Part shown: positions 10,988 through 19,824 of the stretch, piece by piece
How positions within the stretch are numbered: position 1 is the stretch's first letter
Layout: each line of letters starts with the position of its first letter
NCBI GenBank assembly: GCA_018396995.1
Contig: JAGTQB010000001.1
Span: 67,584-131,583 of the forward strand
DNA length: 64,000 nt
Origin: Candidatus Bathyarchaeota archaeon
Lineage (GTDB): Archaea; Thermoproteota; Bathyarchaeia; Bathyarchaeales; DTEX01
Reading direction: 5' to 3'
Translations under genes and position numbers: made by a program
The notes under the pieces: model-generated
Databases searched by the model: none
What the model was told of the DNA's origin: nothing
What the model saw: the letters and a program-made list of their open reading frames with translations, nothing else

Positions 10988-11784
10988 TAAATTAATCCCC
11001 TCCTCCTTAAAATCTCAACTATCCTTGAGGCTACTTCATTCGGGCTCCCGCTAATAAACTCAACCTTCTTTTCAGCTGGCGGGGTAAACATTTCCTTAAC
11101 TCTTATCCATGAACCCGTCTCACTAACATCTTCTTCGCTTAGGCCTAAGTCCATAAGAGATAAAACCTTTATCTCCTTTTGCATAGCCCTTCGAATAGCC
11201 ATTATAGAGACATATCTCGGCTCATTTATCCCAGTTTGAATCGTGAATAACGCTGGCAGATCAACCTCAAGAACCTCCTCAAACCCTCCCTCAAGCTCGC
11301 GATTCACGATAGCTTTCCCATCCCTAAACTCTATCCTCTTAATCATTGTGGCGTGTGGGATTCCAAGCATCTCAGCGAGAACAGGCCCAACAAGAGCACT
11401 TTCATCATCACTAGCCTGCACCCCAGTTAATATTAGATCAAAGCGCATACCCTTAATAACATTATAGAGTATCTTAGCTATCGCGTAGGCATCCGAACCA
11501 GAAATTTTAGGGTCAGTCACACGGATCGCCCTATCTGCACCACGGGCCAGGCATTTGCGCAGTGTGCTATCAGCATCTTCGGGGCCAACGGTGATAACAG
11601 TAATAGTCCCGCCAAACTTCTCCTTGATACGCACAGCCTCTTCGATAGCATATTCATCCCACTCATTTATGTCGAAAACCAAGCCTTGCTTCTCTATATC
11701 CCTACCACTAGCATCTATTCTTATCTCGGCCTCCGCAGTCTCTGGAACATGCTTAACACAAACAATAATATCCAAGCAAACCAT
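10987..11784 (-). CDS. etfB: Electron transfer flavoprotein beta subunit
   Basis: IIVCVKHVP, NEWDEYAIEEA, GVQASD and INEPRY motifs. Confidence 0.95.
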   Translation of the reverse strand: MVCLDIIVCVKHVPETAEAEIRIDASGRDIEKQGLVFDINEWDEYAIEEAVRIKEKFGGTITVITVGPEDADSTLRKCLARGADRAIRVTDPKISGSDAYAIAKILYNVIKGMRFDLILTGVQASDDESALVGPVLAEMLGIPHATMIKRIEFRDGKAIVNRELEGGFEEVLEVDLPALFTIQTGINEPRYVSIMAIRRAMQKEIKVLSLMDLGLSEEDVSETGSWIRVKEMFTPPAEKKVEFISGSPNEVASRIVEILRRRGLI

Positions 11785-11788
11785 CTCT

Positions 11789-11834
11789 TTAAACTAGTTT
11801 AACTTAAGAATAACGTTAACGTCTTATCTAGTTT
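11789..11834. promoter_or_regulatory. Palindromic candidate operator region upstream of etfB
   Basis: Perfect 14-bp palindrome TTAAACTAGTTTAA (11789-11802) and 10-bp palindrome ACGTTAACGT (11813-11822). Confidence 0.35.
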
Positions 11835-11948
11835 TCGGAGTGAAGCAGCATATAACAAGCCCTTTCGCAATCATCGCAGACATGAAAATGATTTAGAGAG
11901 GGCGTCAAGTGGTGGCATAAAATACTTAAATTGGTTCCGCAATATATA

Positions 11949-12047
11949 ATGATGGTGACCTGCCGTCTGCTGAGATCATGATGAGTGGCACGAGCTGCTT
12001 GAGGGCACAGCCCCGATGAGAGACGGCAGTCCCTCCTGCATACCGTC
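11949..12047 (+). ncRNA. Box C/D guide sRNA, apparently extended to three guides
   Basis: ATGATGG(C)-14 nt-CTGA(D')-ATGATGA(C')-14 nt-TTGA(D), then CCGATGA-16 nt-CTGC. Guides are complementary to recalled conserved archaeal 16S segments. TATA-like CTTAAA at 11925-11930. Confidence 0.72.
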
Positions 12048-12053
12048 TGTTGT

Positions 12054-13172
12054 TTAAGAGAATTTAAGAAGCGCTCTACGATATGTTGCTAAAGTTAAGA
12101 TGGATTCAAGTTTATCGCCTTCCTGCTTCCCTTTAAGAGTAACCCTTATACTATCGTTTGTGACTTCAACGCTTGCATATTGAACCCCTAAGTATTCTAG
12201 CAGGTCCTCGATATCACTGGCTTCAATGGGCTCTGGCTTCACATTAGTATTGCATGGACCCATGTTACACATGGCGCAGTACCTTCCATGCGTGTAAACA
12301 TTTGCTTCACATGCGGTCCTGAAGACAATGAAACCCATGTCCTCAGCAATAAGTTTGATCCTCCTCTTAAAATCTGATAATCTAATCTCGATTTGCTCAG
12401 AGCCCTTAATCGGCCCAGTTAATCTCCTCCTAATCTCACCCACATTAGCCCCATAACGCTCTAGATTCCTTAGAATTCTCTCGGTTACTCTCAATGAGCC
12501 GAGAACAATTGATTTTAAGCCGCTTTCAGCAGCTAAGCTAAGTATTTTCTCAGCCTCAACATCTGTTATTCCTGGAATTATCGGCCTCATAAAGAGGGAG
12601 ACTGATAAGCCGGCCCTTGAGGCCTCCCCAGCGGACTTAATTCTCTCCATCGGATCAGGAGCCCTTGGCTCAACACTTCTGTTAGATATAGTTACCACCG
12701 TAACGAGGACGCTTGTCCTCGGGTCTCCTGATGAAATGCCCTTTGAAATATTCTCTGTTAGAATGGCTTTTGTCGATACTTGTGTTGGAAGTCTTAACCA
12801 CATGTATATCTCCCTCATGTAGCTTAGAGCCTGCGTCGCTGTCTCACGGAGGAATGGTTCTGTAACTGAGCCATATGCTGCCAGCGTTTTCTCCGGGATA
12901 ACATATGGATTTAATGCTAACGCATATGTCATCTCCTCTGGCTTTAGCGGGTATGGTCTTGTCCTCGCTGGAAAGCCCATGTCGTAGATGTAACAGTATG
13001 CGCAGATGTAGCTGCAGCCCACGCCAGTATGTATTGTTATGCCGCACGGCCTCGGCCTCCTCCTTGAGTGGTGGTCGGAACTGGCAGCTAGCTTAGACTT
13101 ATCATCAAGCAGTCTCTCTAGTCTAGATAGAACCGTCTTCTTATAATTGAATAGGTTAACTAAACGCGTCAA
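12054..13172 (-). CDS. Radical SAM protein (SPL-like/uncharacterised family)
   Basis: CSYICAYC motif and GSVTEPF; likely start TTG 13172 after GGAGA (the track extends to 13268). Confidence 0.85.
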   Translation of the reverse strand: MTRLVNLFNYKKTVLSRLERLLDDKSKLAASSDHHSRRRPRPCGITIHTGVGCSYICAYCYIYDMGFPARTRPYPLKPEEMTYALALNPYVIPEKTLAAYGSVTEPFLRETATQALSYMREIYMWLRLPTQVSTKAILTENISKGISSGDPRTSVLVTVVTISNRSVEPRAPDPMERIKSAGEASRAGLSVSLFMRPIIPGITDVEAEKILSLAAESGLKSIVLGSLRVTERILRNLERYGANVGEIRRRLTGPIKGSEQIEIRLSDFKRRIKLIAEDMGFIVFRTACEANVYTHGRYCAMCNMGPCNTNVKPEPIEASDIEDLLEYLGVQYASVEVTNDSIRVTLKGKQEGDKLESILTLATYRRALLKFS

Positions 13173-13478
13173 ATGATATTCTCCATAGAAATATTTGGGG
13201 GAAGAAGGATAAATAGTGCTAGCTAATGTAGCTTCACGAACTTTAACACGGCTACATGGGCGAAACAAGAACCTTGATACGCGTTCATATCCAACATGAA
13301 AATTCTTCCGATAACAGCGGTTGTTATGCTATGGAAAAAATCATTCAACTCTTATCCTCTTTTCCGTTTGTCCGCTTATACGCTTCTATCTAATGTTTAC
13401 AACTGTTTCAGCGGCATTTTCCTGAGAATTGCATATAAGTTAGTGTGTTGAGTATAAAAATTTTTGGTGTAGTGGTTT

Positions 13479-14759
13479 ATGCTTCGTGAAGCCATCTTGA
13501 TGACTGCTTTAACAGCGCTTCTTGTGTTAGTTGGCTATGTTGTCGGCCTGTTCCTCGGGAACCCTACAACTGCCATTCAAGTAGCGCTTATCTCGGCAGC
13601 CATAATGAATATAGCGGTTTACATCTTCTCCGATAGGATTGTTCTTGCAATGACTGGCGCTAAACTTATATCGCCATCCGATGAGCCCCAATTACACCAA
13701 ACTATTGAACGATTAGCTAGGGAGGCTAGGATACCTAAGCCTAGGGTTGCAATAGTTCCAGTAGATCTACCAAACGCATTTGCTACTGGGAGGGGGCCGG
13801 GGAGGGCGGTTGTTGCTGTAACTAGGGGTTTACTACGCGAGCTTAATAGTGATGAGGTTGAGGCGGTTCTAGGGCATGAGATATCCCATATAAGGCATAG
13901 GGATACTTTAGTGGCAACAATGGCTGCAACCATTGCTGGCGCCATAAGTTACATAGCCTATATGGGTAGGTGGGGTCTCTGGCTCGGGGACGGTAGGAGG
14001 AGTGAGGTAAATCAACTATTACTCCTCCTCGCAGTAATCTTTGCGCCAATAGCTGCCACAATGATTCAGCTAGCGATATCGAGGGAGCGGGAGTATGAAG
14101 CTGATGAGGGAAGCGCAATGATAACTAAGAAGCCAATAAGCCTTGCTAATGCACTAATAAAGATTGAAAGGGCTGTGCGTAGGAGGCCAATGGTGGATGC
14201 AAATCCAGCGACAAGCCCACTCTGGATAGTTAACCCATTTCGCGGAGAGACACTAATGGAGCTTTTCTCAACCCACCCGCCAACCCGCAAGAGGATTGAG
14301 AGACTTAGGAAAATAGCTCGGGAGATGGGGGTGAATGACGCACCCCTCCTAGAGTATACTGAAGAGCCCATAAAGACTCGGGTAGAGCGGGTGGAGACCG
14401 GGACTTCTATAAGAGTGCACCCTTATGCCCAGTTAAGGGCGGTGGCCACACTTAATTCCGGGCTCGTCCTGAAAGACTTCGATGAGGTTGAGAGGGCTAT
14501 TCTGGTTTCATTATATAGGGGCGGTGATATGAGCCACTCGGCGCTTCCAAAAGTTCTAGCAAAAAGCTTCGGGATACACCTATCTCTGCGCGAGGTTGAA
14601 GAAGCCATAGATAGGCTTTCAGCCAAGGGACTTATCTCTTTGAGGAGCGTTTTCACAGCGTACATCTTTGGGACAGAATACACACGCATGACTATAGGTT
14701 TAACACCATTAGGGAGGAGTATAGCTCGTAAGCTGGCTGGAGAGACTCGGGGAGACTGA
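13479..14759 (+). CDS. htpX: HtpX (M48) zinc metalloprotease with C-terminal winged-helix-like extension
   Basis: PNAFATG, HEISH, SREREYEAD and FSTHP motifs; about 140 extra C-terminal residues. Confidence 0.88.
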   Translation: MLREAILMTALTALLVLVGYVVGLFLGNPTTAIQVALISAAIMNIAVYIFSDRIVLAMTGAKLISPSDEPQLHQTIERLAREARIPKPRVAIVPVDLPNAFATGRGPGRAVVAVTRGLLRELNSDEVEAVLGHEISHIRHRDTLVATMAATIAGAISYIAYMGRWGLWLGDGRRSEVNQLLLLLAVIFAPIAATMIQLAISREREYEADEGSAMITKKPISLANALIKIERAVRRRPMVDANPATSPLWIVNPFRGETLMELFSTHPPTRKRIERLRKIAREMGVNDAPLLEYTEEPIKTRVERVETGTSIRVHPYAQLRAVATLNSGLVLKDFDEVERAILVSLYRGGDMSHSALPKVLAKSFGIHLSLREVEEAIDRLSAKGLISLRSVFTAYIFGTEYTRMTIGLTPLGRSIARKLAGETRGD

Positions 14760-14850
14760 TTCTTCTGGGGAGAGGTAGACGTCAAGCTTATATGGATTCT
14801 TAAGAAATCAAAGCATTGGGTTTCATTAAATTGGATGCTGGAAGAAGCTG

Positions 14851-15633
14851 ATGGCTATGGTTAGCTTAAGTGGAGCCTTCAGGAAGAGGGTGCTCATGGT
14901 GTATTTAACGGCGGGCGACCCATATGTAGATAGTTGGGTTATAGAGACCTTATCCGAGCATGGGGTTGACATCTTTGAGTTCGGCATACCGACGGCTAGA
15001 CCTAAATATGATGGATTAACTATTAAGGCGAGCTATAGGAGGGCTATTGAAAGCGGAGTAACACTGGAGAAGAGCTTCCAGTTTATAGAGGGTTTTAGGC
15101 TGAGGCATAAGGTGGTTCTAACATACTTTGAGTATGCTAGGAGCATAGGTTTAGAGAGACTTATGAGCTATGCCCTAAACGCCGGAGCTGAGGGGGTCTT
15201 ACTTCCAGATCTATTAATAGACTACTCCGAGGATGCAGATGTATATGTGAGGCTATGCAAGCAGTATGGCTTCGAACCAATTTTCTTCATAACAAGCTCC
15301 TTCCCTTATAAACTCATCTCCGAAGTCGCCCGCCTAAACCCAGCATTCATCTACATGGGTTTAATGGCTTCGACTGGAACCCTCCTACCAATAACCATAA
15401 GCAGAAACATTAGCATAATAAAGAGTCTCATAAACAATACACCACTACTCACGGGCTTCGCAATAAGCGAGCCGAAGCAAGTTCTGGAGTGCATTAGGGC
15501 TGGGGCCGATGGTGTCGTAATTGGGAGCGCCATAATAAGGCTTATAAGCGGGGGTGGAGAGAAGCAGCATATCAAAGAGGAATTAAGGAACTATATTAGC
15601 AGCATAAAGGAGGCGCTGGAGGCCCCGGTATGA
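14851..15633 (+). CDS. trpA: Tryptophan synthase alpha chain (divergent)
   Basis: YLTAGDP, EFGIP (catalytic Glu), YDG (catalytic Asp), GFAI and ADGVVIGSA motifs. Confidence 0.85.
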   Translation: MAMVSLSGAFRKRVLMVYLTAGDPYVDSWVIETLSEHGVDIFEFGIPTARPKYDGLTIKASYRRAIESGVTLEKSFQFIEGFRLRHKVVLTYFEYARSIGLERLMSYALNAGAEGVLLPDLLIDYSEDADVYVRLCKQYGFEPIFFITSSFPYKLISEVARLNPAFIYMGLMASTGTLLPITISRNISIIKSLINNTPLLTGFAISEPKQVLECIRAGADGVVIGSAIIRLISGGGEKQHIKEELRNYISSIKEALEAPV

Positions 15634-16904
15634 ATATTCTCCCAAGTCACTGGTATAATATTGTCCCAGACCTACCGAAGCCACTGCCGCCGCCAAGGGA
15701 TCCGGAGGATGACTATATATTCTCCAGGATTGAATTACTGCCAAAGCTTTTCCCCTCAGAGCTATTAGACCAAGAATTTACAGCCGAAAGGTATATTCAG
15801 ATACCAGGTGAAGTCCTCGACGCCTATAGGAGGATAGGGAGGCCGACACCGCTGGTCAGAGCTGTGAACCTTGAAAGACTCCTTAACACCCCGGCGAGGA
15901 TATACTTTAAGCGTGAAGACCTGAGCCCGACTGGGAGCCATAAAATCAACACAGCATTAGCTCAGGCATACTACGCAAAGAAGGAGGGCGTTCAGATGCT
16001 TACAACTGAGACCAGCGCTGGTCAATGGGGCTCCGCACTCGCCTGTGCCTGCGCAATGTTTGACATAAGGTGCCTTGTATTCATGACAAGAAGTAGTTAT
16101 ATACGAAAACCGTACAGGAGAATCCTAATGAAGCTTTATGGTGCTGATGTCGTCCCAAGTCCAAGCGACCGCACGGAGATCGGTAGGAGACTCTTAATGG
16201 AGAATCAGGAGCACCCGGGATCCCTCGGAATAGCTATCTCCGAGGCTGTTGAAACATGTATGAAAGATGGAAGTGCGAAGTATGCTGTTGGCAGTGTCAT
16301 GAACTTTGTCCTTCTGCATCAGACAGTTATAGGCTTAGAGACAATGCGGCAGCTCGAGGAGATTGGCGAGATCCCAGATGTAATGATTGGTTGCGTCGGT
16401 GGCGGAAGTAACTTCTCCGGCTTCATCTTCCCATTCATCGGTAATAGACTTAAGGATGGAGACTTTAAGAACACGGAGTTCATTGCCGTCGAGTCAAAAG
16501 CCTCTCCAAAGATGACTGAGGGGAGCTACATTTATGAGCATGGAGACACAGCCGGATACCTCCCAATGCTAAAAATGTATACTGTTGGTAGGAGTTATGT
16601 ACCGCCTCCAATACACGCGGCTGGTCTAAGATACCACGCCGCCGCACCAATATTATCGCTGCTGATTAAGGAGGGCTTAGTAAAGGCTGTGGCATATACT
16701 CAGGAGGAGGTTCTTGAGGCCGCGAGGGTATTTGCAAGAGTTGAGGGGATTGTTCCAGCCCCTGAGACAGCCCACGCGGTCAAGCAGGCAATAGTAGAGG
16801 CAGAGCATTGTAGAAGAAGAAACCTTAAGAAGACAATTATATTATGTTTCAGCGGACATGGGCTCTTAGACCTATCTGTGTTCGAGGAATACGGAACCTA
16901 TTAG
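15630..16904 (+). CDS. trpB: Tryptophan synthase beta chain, TrpB2 type
   Basis: WYNI, GRPTPL, TGSHKIN (PLP Lys), AGQWG, GGGSN, GLRYH and SGHGLLD motifs; 4-bp overlap with trpA. Confidence 0.93.
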   Translation: MNILPSHWYNIVPDLPKPLPPPRDPEDDYIFSRIELLPKLFPSELLDQEFTAERYIQIPGEVLDAYRRIGRPTPLVRAVNLERLLNTPARIYFKREDLSPTGSHKINTALAQAYYAKKEGVQMLTTETSAGQWGSALACACAMFDIRCLVFMTRSSYIRKPYRRILMKLYGADVVPSPSDRTEIGRRLLMENQEHPGSLGIAISEAVETCMKDGSAKYAVGSVMNFVLLHQTVIGLETMRQLEEIGEIPDVMIGCVGGGSNFSGFIFPFIGNRLKDGDFKNTEFIAVESKASPKMTEGSYIYEHGDTAGYLPMLKMYTVGRSYVPPPIHAAGLRYHAAAPILSLLIKEGLVKAVAYTQEEVLEAARVFARVEGIVPAPETAHAVKQAIVEAEHCRRRNLKKTIILCFSGHGLLDLSVFEEYGTY

Positions 16905-17115
16905 ATTTATTGAATCCCCTTAAACCCGAAATCTATTTTTGAGTAGATAATGGAGAAAAGATTACTTGGTAGACGGGAACATTTTTATTCTCTAAGAGTG
17001 TTTTACTATGACTTGGTTATTTTAGATAAAAGTGAGAATAGAAAAGCAAATATTGTTGCGTGAAGCATTTTCCTTAGAAGTCTTAACACAATCTGTGTTC
17101 TAGTGGGGGAATTTT

Positions 17116-18411
17116 GTGCCAACTCAAATGAAGTCTGCTGTAGAGGGACGTGAGACCGAGGAGATGCGTTTAGTTGCTATGGAGGAGGACGAATCCCCGC
17201 AAAATATACGTATGCGTATTGCTGAGGGCTCACTCATAATAACGCGAAATATTATTAGGGAGAATGTTCACCCAGTGGGTATTGGGAAGGGATTGAGGAT
17301 AAAGGTTAATGCAAATGTCGGCACGAGCCAAGACTTATGTGACATAAACCTTGAGGTTGAGAAAGCATCTATAGCCGTCAAGTATGGAGCAGACACGGTC
17401 ATGGATCTTAGCACCAGCGGTAACCTGGATGAAGTAAGAAGGGCGATACTAAAAGCCGTTAACGTCCCAGTTGGAACAGTTCCCATATATCAGGCTGCCA
17501 TAGAAGCCGCTAGGAAGAAGGGCTCAATAGTCCACATGAGTGAGGACGACATCTTCAATGTTATAGAGAAGCATGCGAAGGATGGAGTAGACTTTATGAC
17601 CCTCCACTGCGGGGTCACGAAAGAGATCGTTAACGACCTCACGAAGCAGCCCCGCCTAATGGGAATAGTTAGCAGGGGTGGGGTATTCATAGCAACGTGG
17701 ATAATCCATAATGGTGAAGAAAACCCATTATACAAGAACTATGATTACCTCTTAGAGCTAGCCGCAAAGTATGATTTCGCCATAAGCCTAGGAGATGGAA
17801 TGAGGCCCGGATGTATATTTGACGCAACAGATCACTTCCAGATAAAGGAGCTGCTTACTATTGGAAGGCTCGTCGAGAGAGCCAGGCGTACCTACGTGCA
17901 GGTCATGGTTGAGGGGCCAGGGCACCTCCCGCTTAATCATATTGAGGCAAATGTTAGGCTGGCTAAGGCGATATGCAAAGACGCGCCATTTTATGTGCTC
18001 GGACCAGTTGTAACTGAGATAGCTCCGGGATACGATCATATCGTGGCAGCTATTGGTGGAGCACTCGCGGGTCTAGCTGGCGCAGACTTCCTCTGTTACG
18101 TCACGCCAGCCGAACACTTAGGTCTTCCATCAGTAGATGATGTCAAGGAGGGCGTTATAGCGGCTAGAATAGCAGCTCACGCTGCAGACATAGTTAGGTT
18201 GGGCAGTAAGGCTGCTGTCAGAGATCTAGAGATGGCTAAGGCCAGAGCTAGCCTCAATTGGAGGAAACAGATGGAGAATGCGATAGACCAGAGGAAGGCC
18301 CTTGAGATACGTGGAAGGGTTAAGTTAACTGCTCCAGAAGCATGCTCAATGTGCTCGGAGTATTGCGCAATAAAGATGATGAGAGAATACTTCAAGACTT
18401 CATGTTTCTGA
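17116..18411 (+). CDS. thiC: Phosphomethylpyrimidine synthase
   Basis: KVNANVGTS, GTVPIYQ, SRGG, EGPGH, GYDH and C-terminal CSMC...C motifs. Confidence 0.96.
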   Translation: MPTQMKSAVEGRETEEMRLVAMEEDESPQNIRMRIAEGSLIITRNIIRENVHPVGIGKGLRIKVNANVGTSQDLCDINLEVEKASIAVKYGADTVMDLSTSGNLDEVRRAILKAVNVPVGTVPIYQAAIEAARKKGSIVHMSEDDIFNVIEKHAKDGVDFMTLHCGVTKEIVNDLTKQPRLMGIVSRGGVFIATWIIHNGEENPLYKNYDYLLELAAKYDFAISLGDGMRPGCIFDATDHFQIKELLTIGRLVERARRTYVQVMVEGPGHLPLNHIEANVRLAKAICKDAPFYVLGPVVTEIAPGYDHIVAAIGGALAGLAGADFLCYVTPAEHLGLPSVDDVKEGVIAARIAAHAADIVRLGSKAAVRDLEMAKARASLNWRKQMENAIDQRKALEIRGRVKLTAPEACSMCSEYCAIKMMREYFKTSCF

Positions 18412-18441
18412 TTACTCTCTGCTTTATTAGGAGAAATAGTT

Positions 18442-19824
18442 ATGCATGGGGCTTCTTATAGCGGTAGGATTCCAGTAACCATCACTATTGCGGGGAGTGA
18501 TTCCGGGGGAGGGGCTGGGATACAGGCTGACCTCAAAACCTTCGCAGCTCTCGGGGTACATGGCACAACAGCTGTGACATGTGTGACAGCCCAAAACACG
18601 TATTCTATAACCGCTATAGAGTGCCTTAGACCTGAGATTGTTAGAGAGCAGATAAGGCAGGTTGCTGAAGATATGGGGATTAATGCTGGGAAAACTGGGA
18701 TGCTATATACTGCGGAGATCATTAACACCGTTGCAGAGGAAGTCTCTAGGCATGGCTTTCCACTGGTAGTTGACCCAGTTATGGTCGCAAAGTCCGGAGC
18801 TCCGCTCCTAAGGCCTGAGGCGGAGGAGGCGTTAAAGAGGAGCCTCTTACCTATTGCTACCGTTGTTACACCAAATAAATTTGAGGCTGAGAGATTAGCC
18901 AAAATGGAGATAAGGAGTATTGAGGATGCGAAGGAGGCTGCCGAGAGGATAGGCTCCCTGGGCCCTGAGGCGGTCGTCGTTAAAGGTGGGCACTTTGAGA
19001 CTGCTGGAGAGAGTGTTGATGTGCTCTATTATAGGGGTGAAAAACACGTTTTTAGGACGCCAAGAATATATGCCAAGACAACACATGGCACAGGCTGTAG
19101 CTTCTCAGCCGCCATCGCAGCATACCTCGCTAAGGGTGCGGACATAGTTTCAGCTGTCAGGCTTGCTAAGGAGTTCATTACGGAGGCCATAAGGTTCGGC
19201 CTAAATATTGGTAAAGGAACTGGCCCAGTGAACCCAATGGCCCACATTTACAAAGAAGCTGAGAGGTACCATGTTCTGAAAAATATCTCTGAAGCAAAGA
19301 GTATACTTGAGTCCACGCCCGGCGTTGGTAGGCTCATTCCTGAAGTGGGCATGAACATCGCCATGGCATTATTATATGCGAGCGGGGTTGAAGATGTAGC
19401 CGCCATACCGGGCAGGCTCGTAAAGGTATTTGACGGCGTTAGGGCGGCTTCCTGTCCAGAGTTCGGCGCTTCAAGTCACCTAGCCAGATATATACTAGAA
19501 ATAATGAAGCATGATACCAAGAAGAGAGCTGCGGTAAACGTTATGTACTCTGAGGAGGTGCTGAATATCCTTAGAGAGATGGGTTTGAAGATATCCTTCT
19601 ATGATAGGGCTGAGGAGCCTGAGGAGATAAAGCGTGTTGAGGGAATGACTATCCCATGGGGTGTTAGGCAGGCCATAGCTAGAGTTAGTGGGGTGCCGGA
19701 CGTGATATATCATAGGGGTGATATTGGTAAGGAGCCTATGGTAGTTATCTTCGGAGAGGACGCTGTCTCCCTTGCCAAACTCATCTCTAAAATTGTCCGC
19801 AAAAACATCCAAGATGAGAGCTAA
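18442..19824 (+). CDS. thiDN: Bifunctional HMP/HMP-P kinase and thiamine-phosphate synthase (ThiD-ThiN fusion)
   Basis: [16 protein letters not shown] and HGTGC motifs; C-terminal ThiN domain ([19 protein letters not shown]). Confidence 0.94.
   Translation: MHGASYSGRIPVTITIAGSDSGGGAGIQADLKTFAALGVHGTTAVTCVTAQNTYSITAIECLRPEIVREQIRQVAEDMGINAGKTGMLYTAEIINTVAEEVSRHGFPLVVDPVMVAKSGAPLLRPEAEEALKRSLLPIATVVTPNKFEAERLAKMEIRSIEDAKEAAERIGSLGPEAVVVKGGHFETAGESVDVLYYRGEKHVFRTPRIYAKTTHGTGCSFSAAIAAYLAKGADIVSAVRLAKEFITEAIRFGLNIGKGTGPVNPMAHIYKEAERYHVLKNISEAKSILESTPGVGRLIPEVGMNIAMALLYASGVEDVAAIPGRLVKVFDGVRAASCPEFGASSHLARYILEIMKHDTKKRAAVNVMYSEEVLNILREMGLKISFYDRAEEPEEIKRVEGMTIPWGVRQAIARVSGVPDVIYHRGDIGKEPMVVIFGEDAVSLAKLISKIVRKNIQDES

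Noticed and set aside
16905..17115. Possible TPP riboswitch upstream of thiC
   Set aside because: No GCTGAGA-type core or stable stems; the region is AT-rich promoter-like sequence.
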